Below are positions 17,555-26,684 of a stretch of 64,000 nucleotides of DNA, piece by piece. The position numbers and the translations under genes were made by a program. Source of the stretch: a virus (lineage: Duplodnaviria; Caudoviricetes); the IMG/VR virus record IMGVR_UViG_3300020577_006271, positions 64,001 through 128,000 of that record. One strand, given 5' to 3'. The notes below the pieces were generated by a model. It was given only the letters and a program-made list of their open reading frames with translations. It made no database searches and was not told the origin of the DNA. The stretch's first letter is position 1. Each line of letters opens with the position of its first letter.

Positions 17555-20500
17555 TTATATATATCGTATTAACGATTTATTATCATGTTTACTAATCGTC
17601 AATATATTATCAGCTACATCCTTAAGTGATTCTAAATGCGTTATGCACATTATGAAATCAAATTTATCTTTCAATTTGTCCAATAGCATATATACATTAG
17701 AAATTGAATTGGCATCTAATACCCCAAATCCTTCATCAATGGCAATGAAGTTTGGTCTCGCTAAGGATGTTACTTCAATTAATGCCACCCTAGAAGCTAC
17801 AGACACTAAGAATCTTTCCATTCCGGATGCTAATTCAACTGGCCATTTTTGGTCTCCATACACCAAGTGGCAATATATACTTTTTTCATCATTTGAAAAT
17901 TCAACTTGAAAATCACAAATTCCATGCAATAAATTATTAACTTCACTTTCAATTACCGGCATAATCTGCTTTAAAATATTGTATGGAATGCCATTTGATG
18001 ATACTGCATTAGCATAAGTTTGATACATCAATATTTCATTGGTTAATTTATTAAGTTCAATCTTATTATCGTTATTTTGTTTAAGTGATTCTTGTAATTT
18101 ACTAACATCAACTTTGAAATTAGTCATTAAAATTTCTAGTTTTTTTGACCGATCTTTCAAATCCTGGATTTGTTTTTCATTTTCTTCGATTATATTGCGT
18201 AAACGTATATTTTCGGTATATTGTTTTTCATTAGCGGTAAAGTCTCTTAATTCTTGTTCTACTCTAGCGATCGATGATTTCAATTCCTTAAATCTAAGTC
18301 TATACACTTCAACAGTCTGTTGGGCAGTTTGTAATTTAGATTCTATTAGCTGTTTATTATTAATTTTGTTGTGTAATTCTTTAAATTCACCAAGTATCAA
18401 TTTATACTCATTCATTTGATCTAACGAATTTACCAAATCAGCCGAAATTGAATTGAATTCGTTTACCAATTGTGGATATTTTTCTTTAGCGAGTTTTGCA
18501 GACTTAACAAAATCACTATTGCAACAAAATTCACAGTTTGGATCATATTCGTATGTTTCAAGAATTTGAATTTCTTTTTGATACGAAGTCATTTTATTTT
18601 TAATGGTGTTTAGCTTCGTTTCAGTTTCCTTTATCTTGGCAGTTAATGAAGTAGATTCAAATTTAATTTTTTTCTCTCTGTCATAATCAATTACAGTTGT
18701 TCCACATTTATCTATGTCTGAATTTAACTGTTTTATTGTGCTGTTTAAATCAGGAATTAACGTATTAACCAACACCGATAACTCATGTTCCATATCTTGT
18801 AATGAGTTTTCAATTTGGATCCTATTGCGAGTTGTTGGAATATCAACGATGGATAATAACGATGCTTTAATAATAGCATCTAACTCGGAAATCTGAGTGT
18901 GACATTCTGATACAGTAACTTCGTATTTGTTAATTAACTGCGTCTTTCTATTTATTTCACCTATAGTTTCAGATTCAGTTACTAAATTTACCTTGGTTGA
19001 TAAATTCGACACCACTGCTTGTTTATCTTTTATGATACCTTTAGCAAGCCAATTTAAATCGGTGAACAGCTTTAGATCCAAAAACGAATATAATAATTCT
19101 TTTCGTTCACGTTGTGTTTTAAATATAAAATTTCGGTTGTCGGTTTGTGTGCTTAAGGCGGTGAGCATGAAATCATCATACGATCCTAAATAAGAACGAA
19201 TAATTTTGTTCGTATCGTCTCGATCTTTTCCACGAAGTTGTTCGGATGATGAATAAAAATCAACGTTTACTCTAACCTTCCTGTCTTTATTGGCTGACCC
19301 CTGTCGTATAATGGTATATTCTTCATTATCAATTTCCAACCCGACTTTGACTACAAATGAATCGCTCTGATTGTTCAAAATCTCATCAGCTTTAAATGTC
19401 TTAGAACATTTATCGAACAAAGCAAATGATAATACTTCTAATAATGATGATTTTCCTGCTGCATTGGGTGCAAATATACCTTGAATTCCAGACATGTTTC
19501 TAAAGTCAACTGAATTATTAGATCCATATGAAAACATGTTGTCAAATTCCATATACAACAATTTCCAAGTCGTATTTCTGGCATTTTTATCTAGATTATT
19601 TAGTTGTGTGTTAACCGTTCGATTGATGTGCCTAATTCCATCAACAAAGTCGGTATCTTTATTATCAACAAATTCAGTAATCAATTGGTTTTGATATTCA
19701 ATATCTCTAACATTGCCAATCGACAAATCCGCTGTTTTTATATCGGAGTGATTGGTTAATTTTCGTAATGAATATTCTTTAAATACATGTTTAGATTTTA
19801 ACTTATCTAGAAATTGATGTATTATATCTAATTCAGTTTGACGATGTTTAACCTTAACTCTTAAATACTTAGGCAACAACGTGAAATATTCGGGATTAGT
19901 TACTAATTGGTTATCGTCGAATTCAAATGTCGCGTAAGCAATATCATTTTCAATTTCAACAAATTCATTTGTACCTGCGGCGATATTCCAAACTATTAAT
20001 CCATGGTGTTTAACAGTTTCTCCATAATTTTGTTGGATTAAACTCGACGAATACGCCATAGTTTTGGCCGGATTTAAATATTGCTGCTTATGAATGTCTC
20101 CAAACATTCCATAATCATAGCCCCGAAAGTTTTTGATCGTAACGGCATCATTTTCGATCACATGGTTTAAATCGGTGGTAGCACCCATAATTGCCCCGTG
20201 ATGTAATGCAATTTTAATATCAGATTTTGGCAAATCGGATGCTGGTGGCCATTGATCAATGGTATCAAATACTGAACAGACTCCAAAGGATATATTAGAA
20301 TCCGGTGTTAATTTATAAATTCCAGAATTTTTCCAATAATGTAAACGCCGATGTTTTAAATTTTCTACAATCGGAGACAAAGCATCAAGTCTAGAATTAT
20401 TATTTAAATTTGTGTCATGGTTACCACATATTAATATAGTTGGACATATATCAGCACATGATTTTAAGAATCTACCAACCATGTGTACCAATTCAGGGCT

Positions 20501-20671
20501 TAGATCGGTCTTTTGGTGGACAATATCTCCTGCTAAATAAATTACAGAGCCAGGAGTTTTATTATCCTTAATATATTTGTATAGACGTTTAAATACATTA
20601 TTGTATTCGGTATGTCTTTGGTAATTTCGGATATGTACATCCGATATATGAAATATTTTATCAATTATCAT
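17555..20671 (-). CDS. Mre11/SbcD-Rad50/SbcC (gp47-gp46) fusion nuclease-ATPase
   Basis: Phosphoesterase SDVH, GD, GNHD, GDIH; Walker A APNAAGKS; coiled coil with CEFC hook; ASGME signature; Walker B FIAIDE; ITH. Confidence 0.9.
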   Translation of the reverse strand: MIIDKIFHISDVHIRNYQRHTEYNNVFKRLYKYIKDNKTPGSVIYLAGDIVHQKTDLSPELVHMVGRFLKSCADICPTILICGNHDTNLNNNSRLDALSPIVENLKHRRLHYWKNSGIYKLTPDSNISFGVCSVFDTIDQWPPASDLPKSDIKIALHHGAIMGATTDLNHVIENDAVTIKNFRGYDYGMFGDIHKQQYLNPAKTMAYSSSLIQQNYGETVKHHGLIVWNIAAGTNEFVEIENDIAYATFEFDDNQLVTNPEYFTLLPKYLRVKVKHRQTELDIIHQFLDKLKSKHVFKEYSLRKLTNHSDIKTADLSIGNVRDIEYQNQLITEFVDNKDTDFVDGIRHINRTVNTQLNNLDKNARNTTWKLLYMEFDNMFSYGSNNSVDFRNMSGIQGIFAPNAAGKSSLLEVLSFALFDKCSKTFKADEILNNQSDSFVVKVGLEIDNEEYTIIRQGSANKDRKVRVNVDFYSSSEQLRGKDRDDTNKIIRSYLGSYDDFMLTALSTQTDNRNFIFKTQRERKELLYSFLDLKLFTDLNWLAKGIIKDKQAVVSNLSTKVNLVTESETIGEINRKTQLINKYEVTVSECHTQISELDAIIKASLLSIVDIPTTRNRIQIENSLQDMEHELSVLVNTLIPDLNSTIKQLNSDIDKCGTTVIDYDREKKIKFESTSLTAKIKETETKLNTIKNKMTSYQKEIQILETYEYDPNCEFCCNSDFVKSAKLAKEKYPQLVNEFNSISADLVNSLDQMNEYKLILGEFKELHNKINNKQLIESKLQTAQQTVEVYRLRFKELKSSIARVEQELRDFTANEKQYTENIRLRNIIEENEKQIQDLKDRSKKLEILMTNFKVDVSKLQESLKQNNDNKIELNKLTNEILMYQTYANAVSSNGIPYNILKQIMPVIESEVNNLLHGICDFQVEFSNDEKSIYCHLVYGDQKWPVELASGMERFLVSVASRVALIEVTSLARPNFIAIDEGFGVLDANSISNVYMLLDKLKDKFDFIMCITHLESLKDVADNILTISKHDNKSLIRYI

Positions 20672-21582
20672 ACAGTCATTTTCATTTTCACTTCTAAATC
20701 AAACAATTCGCCTTCCGAAATTGGCTTAGTTTCATTAATTAAATTCCAAGAATTTTCGTAACCTAATTTATTTATATCATATCCAGTAGGAATCTTAACG
20801 TGATATGATTTTATTCCAAATATATGCAGATATTTCAAATATTGTATTTGCATTTTTAATGCATCTGGATCTAAGCATAAATAAACATCTGATATTTCAT
20901 TATCTAGTATGTACATCTTCAATCTATTTGGCATTGATGATCCATACATAGGAGATCCGTTAAATCTAACTGTTATAGCATCAATAGCACCTTCGGTTAA
21001 TATCAATGGTATATTGTAGGATAATTGCATTTCGAAGCCCACTATATTCCTAGAAATTCGTTCATTAACAAACCGTTTATCTCCTAAATAACTCCTGGTT
21101 GTAAGAAAGTTTAAATGACCATCAGTGTCATAATTTGGGAAAATAAGCATTCCAGAATATTTTCCTGATTCCGAATATCCTATATTATATTTCAATAAAT
21201 CGAAATTTGTCAATTTACGTTCTTCTGTGGCATACTGATATGCTCGCTTCCAATAAACCGAATTCGATTTAATGTAAATTGGTTTAAAATCTTTTGGTAA
21301 TGAAATAGGTTTAGGTATATCTGATGTATCATGGTAGTATTTGTGTGATGGCACAATTGCATCATAGCGTTTATGTATAGCATCAGAAACATTTAACCGT
21401 CTTAATAATGTTTTAATCGATTTTCCACGGGTGTGACATATCCAACATGCCCAAGCACCTAATTCAGGATGTACCTCTAATTTTTGTTTGTAATGATTAC
21501 AGAATGGGCAATGGAATGCAAGGTTACCCTTTGACTTTTCCGTGTATTGCCCAAGAACATCTACTAAAATTTCAGTAATCAT
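20668..21582 (-). CDS. DNA primase (Zn-ribbon plus TOPRIM)
   Basis: CPFC..H and CWIC zinc ribbon; LTEGAIDA; CLDPDA; DIN. Confidence 0.9.
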   Translation of the reverse strand: MITEILVDVLGQYTEKSKGNLAFHCPFCNHYKQKLEVHPELGAWACWICHTRGKSIKTLLRRLNVSDAIHKRYDAIVPSHKYYHDTSDIPKPISLPKDFKPIYIKSNSVYWKRAYQYATEERKLTNFDLLKYNIGYSESGKYSGMLIFPNYDTDGHLNFLTTRSYLGDKRFVNERISRNIVGFEMQLSYNIPLILTEGAIDAITVRFNGSPMYGSSMPNRLKMYILDNEISDVYLCLDPDALKMQIQYLKYLHIFGIKSYHVKIPTGYDINKLGYENSWNLINETKPISEGELFDLEVKMKMTV

Positions 21583-21586
21583 TCAA

Positions 21587-21622
21587 CAATATACAAAAAA
21601 TAAATCAAATATCCAAATTTTT
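21587..21622 (-). promoter_or_regulatory. Bacteroidota-type early/middle promoter
   Basis: AAAAATTTGG...TTGTATATTG, TTTG-N20-TA spacing, 4 nt before the primase ATG. Confidence 0.7.
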
Positions 21623-21646
21623 ACTTGAATATTTTATATTCCCGAG

Positions 21647-21877
21647 CTACAATTTCTTAAATCCAGGTTTAACAACAATGGTATCACGTGGTACTATAAC
21701 TTCTAAATGTATTTTGATAATTATAGGTTGCCCATATGGAGTTCTGGTGAAATGTGTCGCTATGTATTCCCCATTCTCAGAAAATTTACCTAAGGTTATA
21801 CCATATTTAAGTGTATCCATCTGTCCAATACATAAACTGGACATAAATAATAAAACAAATATTATAATCTTTTTCAT
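21647..21877 (-). CDS. Small secreted protein
   Basis: Signal peptide MKKIIIFVLLFMSSLCIG. Confidence 0.5.
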   Translation of the reverse strand: MKKIIIFVLLFMSSLCIGQMDTLKYGITLGKFSENGEYIATHFTRTPYGQPIIIKIHLEVIVPRDTIVVKPGFKKL

Positions 21878-21885
21878 GATATATG

Positions 21886-22182
21886 TTAAAATGGTTCTGA
21901 ATTTAAATGGTTATCCAAAATAATGTCTAAAGCTGTGGAATAATTAGCATCTTCTAGAGCTCTAAGAGTTTCATTCGAAATTGAGTCTAGTCCGGCAGCC
22001 TTTAATGCCGCAATAAATTTAGGTTCAATTTTAAGTAAATCTACTCCAGATACCGATTTTGGTAAATATCTGGCAGATAATTTCTTCACAATAGCCATAA
22101 TTTTTAAAGCTGCATCTGGATATTCAGATGTTTCAGATATCCTGTTATTAGCAATGTTTTCTAATATTCGTTGTAGTTTCAT
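21886..22182 (-). CDS. Hypothetical protein, putative internal head protein
   Basis: Leader MKLQRILE...ISE; TAAGGA upstream. Confidence 0.5.
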   Translation of the reverse strand: MKLQRILENIANNRISETSEYPDAALKIMAIVKKLSARYLPKSVSGVDLLKIEPKFIAALKAAGLDSISNETLRALEDANYSTALDIILDNHLNSEPF

Positions 22183-22190
22183 AATAATCC

Positions 22191-22295
22191 TTAGTTAATA
22201 TTTAATAATTCTTTTAATTCTTTATAAACACCGTTTGGTATTTGAGCATTTTGTGCAAATTGTATTAAATCGTTATATATTTTTTCGTAATTCAT
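22191..22295 (-). pseudogene. Truncated HNH homing endonuclease remnant
   Basis: Manual translation MNYEKIYNDLIQFAQNAQIPNGVYKE.. resembles the N-terminus of MobE-like HNH enzymes but stops before the HHI motif. Confidence 0.5.
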
Positions 22296-22728
22296 ATAAT
22301 AATTCAGATTTGTTTGATATGTTAGAAAATTTGTTACTTCCGATAGATTCGTTGTAATAATAATCAGTTAATATAACATGATAATGATATTGGAAAAATA
22401 TTTCTAGGTAATTTACATGACTCTTGGTTTTCCCAAACATTAATATTTCAAATTTAAATTTGTCTTTACCGATATTTTTAATGTCTTCGTTTAAAACCTT
22501 TGATGAGCCAGTGTATTTAGCCCAATCCGATTCTTTGGTTATCACTTCTTTCCGTTTCCTTCCGGCAGCTTTTTGAACCTTGGTTAATGCCTTTCTTCTT
22601 ACGGAAATAGCATATTTTCTCCCGATGTACATTTTACCATTTTCTAAATTGGTAATTTTATAAATAAATCCAGCTACTCCTTGTGGCAGTTCTTCTATTG
22701 GTTCGTTATTGTAGGTCCAGTGACTCAT
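22273..22728 (-). CDS. GIY-YIG endonuclease (T4 EndoII/DenA-like)
   Basis: GFIYKITNLENGKMYIGRK, ESDWAKYTGSS, FKFEIL, YYNESI. Confidence 0.85.
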   Translation of the reverse strand: MSHWTYNNEPIEELPQGVAGFIYKITNLENGKMYIGRKYAISVRRKALTKVQKAAGRKRKEVITKESDWAKYTGSSKVLNEDIKNIGKDKFKFEILMFGKTKSHVNYLEIFFQYHYHVILTDYYYNESIGSNKFSNISNKSELLYELRKNI

Positions 22729-23066
22729 GATACTTTCTTTATATTTTTAGGTTCGAAAACTAAATAATCAGTTCTATCGGATTCTGGCAATATTACACCA
22801 TCATATCCATCAGCAATTAACTCGTCTATTGAATATTTATCATATTCATCCCATCCAGCTGGATTTTTAAGTGTTATTTCACGCTTCATTATATATTTTC
22901 CACCAGCTGCGCCTACTTCTCTATTCTTTAATGCTGTTACATTGTCAGTGAACCAGAACCCGTCCCAAGCATGATCTAATGAAAAATTATCAAATTTAGT
23001 ATCAGTTCCATGGTAAACAATATATTTATTTTCCCGTAATATGTCTTTGAATTTAATCATCCGCAC
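22725..23066 (-). CDS. ADP-ribosyltransferase-like domain protein with MIKFKDILRE leader
   Basis: VYHGT..KFD.F, GFWFTD, GYDGVI, YLVF.P.NIK pattern of ART-PolyVal-like domains. Confidence 0.65.
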   Translation of the reverse strand: MRMIKFKDILRENKYIVYHGTDTKFDNFSLDHAWDGFWFTDNVTALKNREVGAAGGKYIMKREITLKNPAGWDEYDKYSIDELIADGYDGVILPESDRTDYLVFEPKNIKKVS

Positions 23067-23544
23067 TCATTACCTTTAAAGGTGGATCAAATTTTGCGAC
23101 TATTCCTCCTACTGCAGAAAATGAAACATTTGAACCTTTGGCTTTTGCAAATTTAGTTAAATAATATTTGTATAAGGTATCTCTTCTGTTACCAGATTCA
23201 TCATCTTCCTTTTTCGGATCATATTTAATGTAAATTAATGCTTTTTCGTCATACTTTTTGGCATATCTCGTTAACCATTCTTGAGTTGCACCTAATACAA
23301 AAGACATAATTTTTAGTGCATTATTTTGATTAGTCATCTCTGTACTACCGTTAGCATAAAAATCAATAGATATAGCTATTTTATCAGATATATTTATCAA
23401 TAATCGGATGTCTACGAAATAGGTATCATTTAAATATTTAAACGAAGCAGTTCCGCCGTTTTCATTGATTGTGAATGTGCTTCCTGGAGCAATTTGGATA
23501 TTATCTCCAATTTCAGTTAATATGTCTTTAAATTTAATCATCAA
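23053..23544 (-). CDS. Hypothetical protein with MIKFKDILTE leader
   Basis: Shared leader; RRDTLY motif near the C-terminus. Confidence 0.6.
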   Translation of the reverse strand: MMIKFKDILTEIGDNIQIAPGSTFTINENGGTASFKYLNDTYFVDIRLLINISDKIAISIDFYANGSTEMTNQNNALKIMSFVLGATQEWLTRYAKKYDEKALIYIKYDPKKEDDESGNRRDTLYKYYLTKFAKAKGSNVSFSAVGGIVAKFDPPLKVMSADD

Positions 23545-23881
23545 ACCTCGTTTTATTTATCTCATCCCATAAACTATTATTTGGTAAGTTAGGGCCAAGT
23601 CCTGATGATAAATTTGAATTGAGTATAAAATCAGTGGCAATTTGTATTCCAACATATTTAATATCAGGCGATGCTTCCTTAAATGATACCATATCCGATT
23701 CTGTAAACTCATTCATATTTTTATTCACCAAAAATGTTGGTGTCGGATCTATAACGATATTATCGTCTTTAACTATCCATCCATGGTTAATAGCCGACGG
23801 GAAGTCTTTAATATCTATTAATAATTCGTTTTCATGTTTAAATTTTCCATGCAACAATTCAATTATACTAAATTTAATCAT
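23534..23881 (-). CDS. Hypothetical protein with truncated MIKF leader; possible transglutaminase-like fragment
   Basis: NHGWIV...VIDPT motif; no Cys in the protein. Confidence 0.45.
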   Translation of the reverse strand: MIKFSIIELLHGKFKHENELLIDIKDFPSAINHGWIVKDDNIVIDPTPTFLVNKNMNEFTESDMVSFKEASPDIKYVGIQIATDFILNSNLSSGLGPNLPNNSLWDEINKTRFDD

Positions 23882-24414
23882 ATATTATCAATTATAAAAT
23901 TCATTGTAGCATCTTTACCTTTCAAATCTTTCCAATGTCTAGAATTAATAAAAGTAGAATATAAACCATTCATATTAGCAATTGCTTCAGCTTCCCATGG
24001 TAGTTTCGTGTATGATATGTGATCTGATTTCATTAGCTTATTATAATCCCTAATGTTAATATATTCTTTACCTTTCCATATGATGGCGGTATAATCTTTA
24101 TTTGGCAGAAGTTCTTTTTTAGAAACCTGCTTAACATGAGTTAATTCATGTATCATAGCTTGTATAATGCGCCGATACGATTGATTTGGATTGAAATGTA
24201 AGTAAAATTTACCATTATTTACGGAGTTTGAATTTAATGATATATCACCAATCATTTCCGTTGCATCTTTTTTCTTTACTATAATCTTAGCATCAAATTC
24301 ATATCTATCCATCATAAACGAAACTACTGATTTAACCAGCATTGTTTCATATGGTTTCAATTTTAATGATGTACCAAAAAGGTCTTCAGTTAATATATCT
24401 TTAAATTTAATCAT
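23878..24414 (-). CDS. Zincin-like metallopeptidase with MIKFKDILTE leader
   Basis: MIHELTHVKQ (HExxH) and LPWEAEA. Confidence 0.75.
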   Translation of the reverse strand: MIKFKDILTEDLFGTSLKLKPYETMLVKSVVSFMMDRYEFDAKIIVKKKDATEMIGDISLNSNSVNNGKFYLHFNPNQSYRRIIQAMIHELTHVKQVSKKELLPNKDYTAIIWKGKEYINIRDYNKLMKSDHISYTKLPWEAEAIANMNGLYSTFINSRHWKDLKGKDATMNFIIDNI

Positions 24415-24433
24415 TTTTTCCTTATTTATTCCT

Positions 24434-25114
24434 TTAATCGTATTCTTCTAAATATTGAAAACAGTATTTTAAAAATTTTTTCCATGTGTCGTTTTGTTCT
24501 TCAGGATCGTAGAAATAATCCCAATACTTCCAAAAAGCATTAGATTCAGCAGCGTCGATTTTTGAATTTTTCGGATTTCTTAATAATTGTAAGACATCAT
24601 CTTTAGTGTAACCGTTGGACATTAAATCAACAATGGCTTCGTTTGCGTGTGCCATAATTTCATGAACATTACTTAAATACTCGGTATTATTTGTTGCGTC
24701 AGAAGATGGTTTCATTTTACCTCCAGATTTATCAAGTTGATTTACATGTGTCAATTCGTGGGTTAATATACCTTTAACAGTTCTAACAAATGTAACGTAA
24801 TAATATTGATCTAAAATATCTATTAGCTCGTCGAATACATATATTGTTATGTTTCCACCTGAATCAACTGAGCCTCCATATATACCTACATCTTGATAAG
24901 CTGGCGGATTACCGTCAATATCTCCCATAACAAATTCAACATTATATTCGTGAACAGCGTCGTTAAATAATTCAACTGCATCAATAGTAGATTCACATTC
25001 TAAAAATTTATCCTTTAATGGTATTAATTTTCCAGAAACGTGAGATGCAATAGATTTAATATCGGATTGATCACGTTCTAATATTAATTTTGCTATATCT
25101 TTAAATTTAATCAT
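24434..25114 (-). CDS. Zincin-like metallopeptidase with MIKFKDIAKLILE leader
   Basis: LTHELTHVNQ (HExxH) and YLSNVHEIMAHA. Confidence 0.7.
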   Translation of the reverse strand: MIKFKDIAKLILERDQSDIKSIASHVSGKLIPLKDKFLECESTIDAVELFNDAVHEYNVEFVMGDIDGNPPAYQDVGIYGGSVDSGGNITIYVFDELIDILDQYYYVTFVRTVKGILTHELTHVNQLDKSGGKMKPSSDATNNTEYLSNVHEIMAHANEAIVDLMSNGYTKDDVLQLLRNPKNSKIDAAESNAFWKYWDYFYDPEEQNDTWKKFLKYCFQYLEEYD

Positions 25115-25121
25115 TTTTTCC

Positions 25122-26684
25122 TTAGATTGACCATTGAATGTTAAATGTTATATTTACATCGTCTCTCATTTGCACCGGCTGGGCTAATTTTCCTATTACC
25201 AATAAGTTTCCATCTTTATCATATAATCCAATTGATGTAATATAAGGATTCAATAATCCACTCTGGAATTCTTCGATCATTATATCTGAATCATATGCTA
25301 CTCTGGCTGATGGATTCGTAGATAAATTAAATTCTCCTTTGCCAACTCTTACTGTGGCATCATATTCATAAATAGTATGTATCGATGTGAACTCCACAGC
25401 CGCGTTGTCAAAATAATTAAAATCAGAATGAAACCTAGATGACAATATAATCTGACCATTTTTATATATAACTTTTCCAACAATAGCATTATAATTATCT
25501 AAATACAATGCACGTGCTAAATTAATTAAATCGGAACTATTATTATATGGTAGTTTATTGAAAATTTCAATATTAGACAATGTAACATCGAATGGGGCTG
25601 ATCCGTAATCAACGTAATTACCAATAATTAAATCATAATCGTTAGCAGTATATTTAGTAAAATCAGTGGTAGACTGGTATAATTCTCCATTAATAAACAT
25701 TGCAATTTTAAAATTTTGTCCATCTGGAAATCTATATATTTGTACATCATATTCAGATGGCGCTCCTACTAACGGGTACGATATTTGTGTAACTGTCTTT
25801 CCATCCGACCGTTTAAATACCAAAGCCTGTTCATTATCTATTTCAACGTGAAACGGATAACAATTAGTATAAATTTCTTCAATCTCATCGTAAATCACTG
25901 TTTTGTCAATTGTATTCAAATCAACCGGCATTGTTTTAATGCCCTTTGAATTTTTGGTACGAATTTGATTGCAATTAATAAGTTTATATCCAGTATTCCA
26001 GCCATTAATTCCAAGCTTGAATTTAATTAAAAAACTGCCTTCTATTAAATTCATTTCTGGACGGTGTTTATAATGGATATAAGATTTTTGATGAATGGAC
26101 ATCCCATTCATAAAATTATTATATTTCTGAGAGTTAAAAATCTTAACATTATTAAATTTAACTGCTACATTCTTATAATTATATACTCCATTAATTAGGT
26201 TTTTGCCTTCAAAAGACCCCGTATAACCGCCTGCCGTAGCGTACAACGTAGCAAAATCCAGTTCTAATATACTTTTACACTTACGATTGAAATAATGTGT
26301 TAAATCACTTCTATTAGATTTGTACAAATTTCCCAATCCATCATCTATTAAGTCGAATCCATATTGAGTATTAATAATTTTTACCGATCCAGGTTTAATT
26401 GTCTCTCCAGCTTGCAAATATGGTATAGTTATTTCACTTGGTTGATAACTTAAATATTGGTCAATATAATGCTGGTGTTTCAGTGAGTGCCAAAATACTG
26501 ATTGGTAAACACCATTATCATTTATTGGGTCGTTCTCTGCCTGGATGGAGCCAACTGGAGTTGGATTAGGTGAATATAATCCGTGCATAACTGATATGTC
26601 AGTTAATTTATTATTCTTCAATACCGGAATACCATTTATTGAAAAATCTTCAGGTGGTATTCGTTTAAAGACCTTAGGTATCAT
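25122..26684 (-). CDS. Baseplate/tail structural protein (paralog 3)
   Basis: C-terminal FNLSTNPS...PYITSIGLYD.DGNLLVIGKLAQP shared with the two upstream genes. Confidence 0.7.
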   Translation of the reverse strand: MIPKVFKRIPPEDFSINGIPVLKNNKLTDISVMHGLYSPNPTPVGSIQAENDPINDNGVYQSVFWHSLKHQHYIDQYLSYQPSEITIPYLQAGETIKPGSVKIINTQYGFDLIDDGLGNLYKSNRSDLTHYFNRKCKSILELDFATLYATAGGYTGSFEGKNLINGVYNYKNVAVKFNNVKIFNSQKYNNFMNGMSIHQKSYIHYKHRPEMNLIEGSFLIKFKLGINGWNTGYKLINCNQIRTKNSKGIKTMPVDLNTIDKTVIYDEIEEIYTNCYPFHVEIDNEQALVFKRSDGKTVTQISYPLVGAPSEYDVQIYRFPDGQNFKIAMFINGELYQSTTDFTKYTANDYDLIIGNYVDYGSAPFDVTLSNIEIFNKLPYNNSSDLINLARALYLDNYNAIVGKVIYKNGQIILSSRFHSDFNYFDNAAVEFTSIHTIYEYDATVRVGKGEFNLSTNPSARVAYDSDIMIEEFQSGLLNPYITSIGLYDKDGNLLVIGKLAQPVQMRDDVNITFNIQWSI

